Source: Thalassolituus sp.
GTDB lineage: Bacteria > Pseudomonadota > Gammaproteobacteria > Pseudomonadales > Oceanobacteraceae
Length of the DNA: 33,298 nucleotides
Assembly (NCBI GenBank): GCA_029212275.1
Contig: JARGOI010000002.1
Coordinates: forward strand, 1 to 33,298
Direction of reading: 5' to 3'
Every line of letters begins with the position of its first letter. Positions within the stretch are counted from its first letter, which is position 1. Positions 9,781-16,796 of the stretch are shown here, piece by piece. The translations under genes and the position numbers were made by a program. The notes below the pieces were generated by a model. It did not search any database. It worked only from the letters and a program-made list of their open reading frames with translations, and had not been told where the DNA came from.

Positions 9781-11364
9781 ATGATTACCGGCCAACTAAA
9801 AAGCAAAATCGACAAACTGTGGGAAGAATTCTGGATTGGCGGCATCGCCAACCCACTGACCGTGATCGAACAGATCACCTTCTTGATGTACGCACGCCTG
9901 CTCGACATGAACGAAAGCAGCGACGAAAAACGCAGTCAGCGCACCGGCAAACCCTTCAAGCGCCGCTTTAACGACGACCAGCAACACCTGCGCTGGAATC
10001 AGCTGATTCATATCGAAAGCGCCGATAACCTGATGATCACAATCCGCGATGGGTTGTTCCCCTATTTTAAGGGTAGTGCCGCCAGCCAAGAAGGCAGCCT
10101 GTTCGCCGAATTTATGAAAGACGCCCAGATGATGGTGCAAAAGCCCTCCCTGCTGGTAAAAGCGGTAGAAATGGTCAACGACCTGCCATTAGACAAAAGC
10201 GACACCAAAGGCGATCTTTACGAATACCTGCTAAGCAAACTGACCACCGCCGGCATTAACGGTCAGTTCCGTACCCCGCGCCATATTATCCGCGCCATGA
10301 TCGACATGATGGACCCGCAAGCCACCGACCGCATCTGCGACCCAGCTTGCGGTACCGCCGGGTTTTTAAGCACCACCTACGAATTCATGATGGAGAAATA
10401 CTCCTCCGAAGACGGCACTTTGCGTACCACAGTGATTGATGAAAAAGGTGCCGAAGTGGAACAAGTGCTCTACACCGGCGACTTGCTGGGCGAACACCGA
10501 AGCCACATCGACACCGACATGTTTCACGGCTTTGACTTCGACGCCACCATGCTGCGCATCGCGGCCATGAACTTGGTGATGCATGGCGTCAGCGAGCCCG
10601 ATATTCATTATCAGGATACGTTGAGTCAACGATTTAAAGAACGCTTCCCCGGCGAGGCCGCAGATGGCTTCGATCTGATATTGGCCAACCCGCCGTTCAA
10701 AGGCAGCCTAGACGAAGACGACGTATCGCCCGATATTTTAAAAAAGGTCAAAACCAAAAAAACCGAACTACTGTTTATTGCCCTAATTTTGCGCATGCTT
10801 AAAATTGGTGGTCGTGCTGCTGTGATCGTGCCCGACGGCGTGCTGTTTGGCTCCAGCAAAGCGCACCAGCAACTTCGCACCGAACTTTTAGATAACAATC
10901 AGCTCGAAGGTATCCTCAGCCTGCCGTCCGGTGTGTTCAAACCCTATGCGGGCGTTAGCACCGCTATCATATTTTTTACCAAAGGTGGCCGCACCGATAA
11001 CGTCTGGTTCTACGATTTACAGGCCGATGGTTTTTCGCTTGATGACAAACGCACGCCATTAAAAGGTGAGGGCAGCAACGACCTGCCCGATGCAGTTGCC
11101 AAGTGGAAGCAATACCGCACTTTGGTAGAAACCAATGCCTCGAAAAAAACCATTGAAAAAGCCTTTGGCGATAAACACAAAAAAGCCTTCCTCATCAGTG
11201 CTGACGATATCCGCGCCAATAAATACGATCTGTCGATTAATCATTATAAAGAAGTCGTTTACGCAGAAGAAGTATATGAAGACCCGAAAGACATACTGAA
11301 AAAGCTGAAAGCGCTAGAAAACGACATACTGAACGATCTGGCTGAGCTGGAGAAAATGCTGTGA
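9781..11364 (+). CDS. hsdM: Type I R-M N6-adenine methyltransferase subunit M
   Basis: [10 protein letters not shown], motif [11 protein letters not shown], catalytic [14 protein letters not shown]. Confidence 0.97.
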   Translation: MITGQLKSKIDKLWEEFWIGGIANPLTVIEQITFLMYARLLDMNESSDEKRSQRTGKPFKRRFNDDQQHLRWNQLIHIESADNLMITIRDGLFPYFKGSAASQEGSLFAEFMKDAQMMVQKPSLLVKAVEMVNDLPLDKSDTKGDLYEYLLSKLTTAGINGQFRTPRHIIRAMIDMMDPQATDRICDPACGTAGFLSTTYEFMMEKYSSEDGTLRTTVIDEKGAEVEQVLYTGDLLGEHRSHIDTDMFHGFDFDATMLRIAAMNLVMHGVSEPDIHYQDTLSQRFKERFPGEAADGFDLILANPPFKGSLDEDDVSPDILKKVKTKKTELLFIALILRMLKIGGRAAVIVPDGVLFGSSKAHQQLRTELLDNNQLEGILSLPSGVFKPYAGVSTAIIFFTKGGRTDNVWFYDLQADGFSLDDKRTPLKGEGSNDLPDAVAKWKQYRTLVETNASKKTIEKAFGDKHKKAFLISADDIRANKYDLSINHYKEVVYAEEVYEDPKDILKKLKALENDILNDLAELEKML

Positions 11365-12557
11365 GTTGGCCGTTGGTGAGTATTGGTGACTACGTTGAAA
11401 ATGTCTCGTCTTGGAATCCATTAAAGTCAGCAAGTCAGATCCCATTTTTTTATATTGATTTGAGTTCAGTTGATAAAGATAAAAAGGAGCTGGATCGAAA
11501 TAGTATCTCTAAGGTTTTGCCAAGTGAAGCGCCAAGCAGGGCTAGGCAATTAGTGAAGTCGGGAGATGTGCTAGTTGCAACTGTTCGACCAAATTTGAAT
11601 GGTGTCGCATTAGTCTCAGAAGAATATGAGGATGCTACTGCCTCGACTGGTTATTGCATTTTAAGGCCTAATATTAAGAAGTTAGATGGCCAATATCTCT
11701 ATTATTGGGTTCAGAATACGACCTTTGTAGCCGATATGATAGGAAAGGCTTCGGGTGCAAACTATCCTGCGGTGTCCGATAAAATAATAAAAGAAAGCAA
11801 AATTCCCCTTCCACCCTTAGCCGAACAACAACGCATCGCCGCCATCCTCGACGAAGCCGATGCCATCCGCCGCAAACGCCAACAAGCCATCCAGCTCGCC
11901 GACGATTTCCTACGCGCCGTGTTTCTGGATATGTTTGGTGATCCGGTGACGAACCCGAAGGGATGGGAGGTTTCTAGTCTTCGTGATTTGATTCATATGC
12001 AAGGTGGTTTTGCGTTCAAAAGTGGCGAATTTTCCGATTCAGGTATCCCAGTAGTAAAAATTGGCAATGCGAATAAGGTAGGTTTTACTACTAAGGAAAT
12101 CGCCTTTGTAATGCCGAAAAAACCTGAAAAGCTAGTTCAGTACGAGTTATATCCGGGTGATCTGTTAATGAGCCTAACTGGAACGGTTGGAAAGGACGAT
12201 TATGCAAACGTTACTGAGGTAACTGATCATTATGAAAAATATTATCTAAATCAACGAGTAGCAAGAATATCAATTAAATCAGAACGTATAAATAAGGAGT
12301 ATCTAAAATTTCTTCTGGCACATCCAAAATTGAAAGGTGAAATGACTAAAAACAACAGAGGTATTCGTCAGGCTAATATAAGTAACAGTGATATATACGA
12401 ACTAATGATCTCGGTGCCTGACACTGAAAGTTTGGAAAAATTTGAAAAGTTGGTCATGCGATCAAAAGACATTATTAATAATCTTAAAAAGTGCCCAGAT
12501 TTAGAGGCCAGTCTTTTTAGTGTCTTAAGCCAAAAAGCCTTCGCCGGAAAACTCTAA
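11361..12557 (+). CDS. hsdS: Type I R-M specificity subunit S
   Basis: Two TRDs separated by the conserved IPLPPLAEQQRIAAILD...FLDMFGDP spacer; ends 'QKAFAGKL'; GTG start overlaps the hsdM stop (GTGA). Confidence 0.95.
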   Translation: MSWPLVSIGDYVENVSSWNPLKSASQIPFFYIDLSSVDKDKKELDRNSISKVLPSEAPSRARQLVKSGDVLVATVRPNLNGVALVSEEYEDATASTGYCILRPNIKKLDGQYLYYWVQNTTFVADMIGKASGANYPAVSDKIIKESKIPLPPLAEQQRIAAILDEADAIRRKRQQAIQLADDFLRAVFLDMFGDPVTNPKGWEVSSLRDLIHMQGGFAFKSGEFSDSGIPVVKIGNANKVGFTTKEIAFVMPKKPEKLVQYELYPGDLLMSLTGTVGKDDYANVTEVTDHYEKYYLNQRVARISIKSERINKEYLKFLLAHPKLKGEMTKNNRGIRQANISNSDIYELMISVPDTESLEKFEKLVMRSKDIINNLKKCPDLEASLFSVLSQKAFAGKL

Positions 12558-12577
12558 GCCAAAAAACAAGGACGTTT

Positions 12578-13573
12578 ATGCCACTCGATTTAAGCAATAC
12601 CTTGGTGATCGGTATATCGGCTACCGCCTTATTTGATATGAGTGCGTCGGATAAGAGTTTCCGTGAAACCTATGCGCATGATCCTGATACCGCCATTGCG
12701 ACGTATCGGGATTACATGCTCAAACACGAAAACGAGCCATTGAAGCCGGGAACTGGGTATCACCTAATTAAAGCTTTGCTGGATTTAAACCGCTACAAGG
12801 CGGCGGATGATCCATCTTCGCTAGTGGAGGTGGTTGTGATGTCGCGCAACAGCCCAGACACAGGCTTACAAGTGTTAAATACCATTCGCCACGACAGACT
12901 GAATATTACTCGTTCGGCTTTTACCGCAGGTGAATCGGTGGCCGATTATTTGGATGCATTTGATGTCGATTTATTTCTAACCACAAATGTAAAAGACGCA
13001 CAGCGAGTGATCGACTCAAAACAATGTGCTGCCGCTATTTTAAAAGACCCACCCAAAAACGCACCTGAAATTCCAGAAGGGCAAGTACGCATCGCTTTCG
13101 ATGGTGACGCTGTATTGTTTTCTGACGAAAGCGAGTTGGTTTATAAAACCCAAGGCATCGAAGCGTTTCATCTACAAGAAGACGCAAATCAAGATATTCC
13201 TATGGCCGAAGGGCCATACGCCAGCTTGCTAAGAAAACTATCCAAGCTGCAAGACCGCTTACCGATTCGAGTCGAATATTCACCGATTAGAATAGCCATC
13301 GTAACCGCTAGAAACAGCCCATCAGAAATGCGAGTTATAAAAACCCTACGCGCTTGGGGTATCTACGTTGACGAAGCCTTTTTCCTCGGTGGCGTCAGTA
13401 AAGACAAAGTATTAAAAGCTTTTAATCCGCACATCTTCTTTGATGATCAAGACGTGCACCTAGACGCCGCCGCTAATTTAGTACCCTCTGGCAAAGTGCC
13501 TTACTTGAGTAGCTCTGGGTTGTCCGAAAATTTGAGATTAGGTGAAAATAGAGAACAGGCCAACGAGGAATAG
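12578..13573 (+). CDS. 5'-nucleotidase (cN-I / PF06189-like, HAD-related)
   Basis: LVIGISATALFDM, VEVVVMSRNSPDTGL, RIAFDGDAVLFSDESE (DxD), IAIVTARN, DEAFFLGG, HIFFDDQ. Confidence 0.9.
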   Translation: MPLDLSNTLVIGISATALFDMSASDKSFRETYAHDPDTAIATYRDYMLKHENEPLKPGTGYHLIKALLDLNRYKAADDPSSLVEVVVMSRNSPDTGLQVLNTIRHDRLNITRSAFTAGESVADYLDAFDVDLFLTTNVKDAQRVIDSKQCAAAILKDPPKNAPEIPEGQVRIAFDGDAVLFSDESELVYKTQGIEAFHLQEDANQDIPMAEGPYASLLRKLSKLQDRLPIRVEYSPIRIAIVTARNSPSEMRVIKTLRAWGIYVDEAFFLGGVSKDKVLKAFNPHIFFDDQDVHLDAAANLVPSGKVPYLSSSGLSENLRLGENREQANEE

Positions 13574-13771
13574 TATGTCAATTGCAATTTCACACAATGG
13601 TACTGACTTAATCCGGCTGAGAGAATGGTTTGTTAGTGGTCGCAAGACCATAAGCCTATGTAATATTCCGATGAAAAACTAGTCAGTCTGAAGCTATGAA
13701 AACTCGATTAGTTTTATTATTTATTAAACTCTAGACAACGATAGTCTTAAAGATATCTGATACAGGAATGG

Positions 13772-14641
13772 TTGATGAAATTTGAAATAGGTGGAAAGGA
13801 AGATAGAAGGACTCTGACTTCTCAAGAAGAATACATTAGCTATCTACTACAAGAGTGCCGTCTAGGCGTTGACCTACTGCCGCTATTTAACGCTGTGTCT
13901 CCGAAAAATCTGCCTAGGCAGGTTAAGACAGTGCGCTTTGATCCGCCATTTGTTATGGCCTTGGTTGAGCGTGACGTTGACTCAGGATCTTTGTGTAACG
14001 ATGCCGTTGTTTTATTTAAGCCGATAGATATTAAAACAATCGCCATCGTTGGTTATTCAGAAGAACTGACTGCGCATGAAGTTGACTTGATTGGGTTGGT
14101 CGAGTTTTGTTTGCAAAAAGATATTGGAGTTGAGCTTGGAATCATTGAGATCACTGATACCGACAAAACGAATCTGTTTAAAAAAATAGAATCGCTCGAA
14201 ATCGAGTTAGAAAGCGCTCATGAGATTATTAAGCTTTTAATTAACGTTGCCAAAGATCTGGCCCAAGGCTCTGGCGAACAGTTGCAAGAGCAGGTGGTTG
14301 AAAGAGCAGCAGCGAACATGCTGGCTAATTCTGCGGCCTCAGAACTGGCCGCGTCAACAGAGGATGATCTCAGTGATATGCTTGGCTCGCCGCTCGGTGG
14401 CATCCTGCAACGTGACATCCATGACGAAATCTCGCAGCAGATTGCCAAACTCAATAAGCTAGATCAATTAGCTCTAAGCCTATGTGAGCCAGAAGATGTT
14501 TTAGAGATCTGGGTAGAAGATCAGTTTTGTTCTTTCCCTACGCCAATATATTCGACAGATATAGAGCTTTCTTGTGAGCAGCTGATTGATGACATGGCAA
14601 GAGAAGTGGAAAACATAATTCATCAGGAATCGGATAACTAA
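13772..14641 (+). CDS. Hypothetical acidic protein (289 aa)
   Basis: Long ORF with an upstream AGGA; no motif recognised. Confidence 0.65.
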   Translation: MMKFEIGGKEDRRTLTSQEEYISYLLQECRLGVDLLPLFNAVSPKNLPRQVKTVRFDPPFVMALVERDVDSGSLCNDAVVLFKPIDIKTIAIVGYSEELTAHEVDLIGLVEFCLQKDIGVELGIIEITDTDKTNLFKKIESLEIELESAHEIIKLLINVAKDLAQGSGEQLQEQVVERAAANMLANSAASELAASTEDDLSDMLGSPLGGILQRDIHDEISQQIAKLNKLDQLALSLCEPEDVLEIWVEDQFCSFPTPIYSTDIELSCEQLIDDMAREVENIIHQESDN

Positions 14642-14733
14642 AAGTTGGCTGATAATCTGCCATTCTCAAGGGATTTATATTAAGGAATTTGGTTTGTCAC
14701 TACGTATTACACATGTATGTCACTCTATTTATG

Positions 14734-14758
14734 AACTGACCGGTTCGAAACTGACCGG
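14734..14758. repeat. 10-bp direct repeat AACTGACCGG x2 (15-bp period)
   Basis: Copies at 14734-14743 and 14749-14758. Confidence 0.5.
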
Positions 14759-14851
14759 GAAAAGTGCCGTTGGCAGTTTTGGCTTTGTATTAGGGATGAT
14801 ATTTCTGCAGCGACCAATAAAAAAATAACCTGGGTCGAATCCCTCTGGTGT

Positions 14852-15046
14852 TCAAATTCTTTTTACTGAAAAATGACCAAAGCAATAAAAGTAGAACCAC
14901 TGACGAATGCTTGTTACTTCGCCAAAGATTCTTACTTTATGTTGAGGGGGGTATTCTTCGACGATGTAATAATTACCGTCATCTTTTTGTTCAATATACT
15001 TGTTAGTTAAACGTTCTAGGACTTGTTGCTGGTGGTAGGTCTTCAT
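14852..15046 (-). CDS. Small hypothetical protein or gene remnant (MKTYHQQQVLERLTNKY...)
   Basis: ATG at 15046 with GGGGA upstream; 64 aa; no family recognised. Confidence 0.3.
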   Translation of the reverse strand: MKTYHQQQVLERLTNKYIEQKDDGNYYIVEEYPPQHKVRIFGEVTSIRQWFYFYCFGHFSVKRI

Positions 15047-15308
15047 AAGGTAATATCCCCATAATAGAAATAAGAAAGACACCAATAGCTATCGCTGTAG
15101 TGCATTATTATGGGTTAGGTTCTTTACTAATTACCTATGTTAAACGAATTCGATGACTTGTAAACAACTATCCCAATAAGAATGGTTACTGTGTTGAGAG
15201 TGAGTGTTATACAAAAGGGGTGCTGCCTATAAGAACAACATAGCAAATATTAAGTAGCAATATTTCAAGTTAGTTCTAAAAGTTAGCTCTAAGATTTGTA
15301 AAAGTCTT

Positions 15309-15364
15309 GTTCAGCAGTTCAGCAGTTCAGCAGTTCAGCAGTTCTGTAGTTCAACAGTTCAACA
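15309..15364. repeat. 8-bp tandem repeat (GTTCAGCA)x7, degenerate at the 3' end
   Basis: GTTCAGCA x4, GTTCTGTA, GTTCAACA x2; bracketed by the inverted repeat AAGTCTTGT (15302-15310) / ACAAGACTT (15390-15398). Confidence 0.9.
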
Positions 15365-15585
15365 AATCTCGTGAGCTTTCTGTCACATCACAAGACTTCA
15401 AAATAGAACAAAACGGAGTTCTAAAATCGCAGTTAGGCTAATTTAGACTGAGTTACGCGAAGTTGCATGATTATGTAACCGATAACATTGTCAAAATAAA
15501 ATAATCGACTCAAATCAGGCTTTCAATGGCGCCGCCCCAGGCATTGTCTAGATCAATAACATCTGTCCAATTTATGTGCACAGGT

Positions 15586-15594
15586 TTATCCACA
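15586..15594 (+). promoter_or_regulatory. DnaA box
   Basis: Perfect consensus TTATCCACA. Confidence 0.55.
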
Positions 15595-15609
15595 AGAAAA
15601 GTGTTCAAT

Positions 15610-15657
15610 ACACAAAATCTAGGGTTGAATTCATAAGGTTAGCGCATTATCTTGATG
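15610..15657 (+). promoter_or_regulatory. Tandem NrdR-like boxes overlapping a sigma70 promoter
   Basis: ACACAAAATCTAGGGT (15610-25) and GCGCATTATCTTGATG (15642-57), starts 32 bp apart, versus consensus acaCwAtATaTwGtgt; -35 TTGAAT (15625-30), 17 bp spacer, -10 TATCTT (15648-53). Confidence 0.5.
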
Positions 15658-15691
15658 TGTAGATACAACTTGAGGCGTCGAAATTGAAACC

Positions 15692-15724
15692 AAAAAAAGC
15701 CCCAACCTTATTAAGGAAGGGGCT
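15692..15724 (-). terminator. Intrinsic terminator for a minus-strand transcript
   Basis: A7 tract (15692-98, U-tail on the minus strand), stem AGCCCC/GGGGCT and inner CCTT/AAGG. Confidence 0.7.
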
Positions 15725-15803
15725 GTTACATGACATAGATTTATAGAAAGAAAGCCTTGTGCTACCGCAGGCGATCAATCAACCAATGCCAGATAACCTT
15801 CAC
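15692..15803 (-). ncRNA. Putative ~110-nt antisense RNA
   Basis: Minus-strand extended -10 TGnTACAGT (15810-15818) with a weak -35 (TTTCAT), ending at the minus-strand terminator 15692-15724; no listed ORF in between. Confidence 0.4.
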
Positions 15804-15917
15804 AAGTAAACTGTATCATTGGTTGATAGAGAGATGAAAGTGTAAATTTGTACAGTTTTAACTGTCACGCTTTCTATCATCTCAAAAAAGTCGGTAGCAC
15901 CCTTTACTAAGGAAAGG
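15759..15917 (+). ncRNA. Structured multi-stem 5' leader of the microprotein mRNA
   Basis: Closing stem GTGCTACCG (15759-67) / CGGTAGCAC (15892-900); hairpin ATCAACCAATG (15778-88) / CATTGGTTGAT (15817-27); hairpin GAGATGA (15831-37) / TCATCTC (15877-83); SD-occluding CCTTT/AAAGG (15901-17). Confidence 0.6.
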
Positions 15918-15926
15918 AGAAAACTC

Positions 15927-16028
15927 ATGGCTAGAAACCATGTAGGTTTTCGAATGCTGCTACCGCTTTTTAAGCGCGTAGTACTCTATTCGATTTACCT
16001 ACTAGTAAGAAAATTATTTAATACTTAA
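15927..16028 (+). CDS. 33-aa hydrophobic/amphipathic microprotein (type I toxin-like)
   Basis: Strong SD AAGGAG 7 nt before the ATG; MARNHVGFRMLLPLFKRVVLYSIYLLVRKLFNT*; not in the ORF track. Confidence 0.6.
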   Translation: MARNHVGFRMLLPLFKRVVLYSIYLLVRKLFNT

Positions 16029-16044
16029 CTACAGGTAAATGCTA

Positions 16045-16152
16045 ATGTATTTCCACAAAATTAAGAATGTAAAAGTCCGTGCTTACTTCCGCACCGTTCG
16101 CGGTGTGTTGCAATCAGTACGTAAACATAAACGATCTTCACCTAGAAGATAA
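16045..16152 (+). CDS. 35-aa highly basic microprotein
   Basis: SD-like CAGGT; MYFHKIKNVKVRAYFRTVRGVLQSVRKHKRSSPRR*; VxVxAYxR...G....VRxHxRS pattern; followed directly by a GNRA hairpin. Confidence 0.6.
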   Translation: MYFHKIKNVKVRAYFRTVRGVLQSVRKHKRSSPRR

Positions 16153-16156
16153 CTGA

Positions 16157-16188
16157 AGGTGCCCCAGCAATGGGGCTTCCTACTGTTT
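16157..16188 (+). terminator. Hairpin / probable terminator after the microprotein pair
   Basis: GCCCCA-GCAA-TGGGGC (16161-76) followed by a T-rich tail. Confidence 0.55.
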
Positions 16189-16241
16189 GCTTTAGAGCTG
16201 TTTATCCACTGAGATGGGAGGACTTTGATTTACTTTAGAAT

Positions 16242-16391
16242 CTATAGAAAATACCCCCCACTATTTGAGGGTTTCCAATGTCTTTTCACTGTAGCCAATG
16301 ACAGACCAAGAGCTTTAGCTGCTTTCGATTGTGACAGTTTATTTGCCTTTGCAGCCTGTACTTTTTCAGTTGTGCCTGTAGCTTTAGGCCT
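16242..16391 (-). pseudogene. C-terminal HTH remnant of a serine recombinase (resolvase)
   Basis: Minus-strand translation RPKATGTTEKVQAAKANKLSQSKAAKALGLSLATVKRHWKPSNSGGYFL*: the resolvase-type (G)RP hinge plus HTH; no N-terminus. Confidence 0.65.
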
Positions 16392-16392
16392 A

Positions 16393-16641
16393 TTGCGAAC
16401 GGCGATCATCACGGCCCGCAATGCGCCAGCTCATGAACGAGTGATCACAACGTTAAAAAGCTGGGGCGTAGAAGCCAACGAGACTTTTTTTCTAGGTGGT
16501 ATGGATAAGCGCCGCATTCTTAACGTGTTCAAACCGCATATTTTCTTCGACGATCAGTTAGATCACCTCAAGGCTAAAGATCTAGCTATGGTGCATGTGC
16601 CATTTGGTGTGGCGAATAAGGTAAATGTTGATATCAGTTAA
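16393..16641 (+). pseudogene. C-terminal fragment of a second 5'-nucleotidase
   Basis: LRTAIITARNAPAHERVITTLKSWGVEANETFFLGG...HIFFDDQ...VHVPFG aligns with the C-terminus of 12578-13573; the N-terminal portion including the DxD motif is missing. Confidence 0.85.
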
Positions 16642-16751
16642 TCATGACTAGGGTAAGAAAATTTATATACCTAATGATTTTTTTATCTATTTGAGATTGG
16701 TTTTGATACGCCTGATTTTCTAAAGCTCTGATATATAAAGGATTTATTTTC

Positions 16752-16767
16752 TGGCATGGCATTTGTA
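16752..16767 (+). promoter_or_regulatory. Second sigma54-like -24/-12 site upstream of the MBL-TM-zor-dru block
   Basis: TGGCATGGCATTTGTA: TGGCA, correct spacing, -12 is GT rather than GC; AT-rich upstream region. Confidence 0.45.
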
Positions 16768-16796
16768 ATACCTCTATTAAATTAATTAAATGGGGT

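Noticed and set aside
15309-15364. Possible CRISPR array
   Set aside because: 8-bp head-to-tail units with no spacers, and no cas genes in the window
15840-15855. LexA box-like GTGT-N8-ACAG
   Set aside because: Mismatch in the essential CTG triplet, and it lies within a predicted RNA stem
15759-15900. Retron msr-msd (terminal inverted repeats enclosing hairpins)
   Set aside because: No reverse transcriptase in the window; the structure is better explained as the leader of the SD-bearing small ORF
16225-16641. Intact 138-aa gene as listed in the ORF track
   Set aside because: The N-terminal part is the antisense of a resolvase remnant, and the nucleotidase part lacks its catalytic N-terminal region
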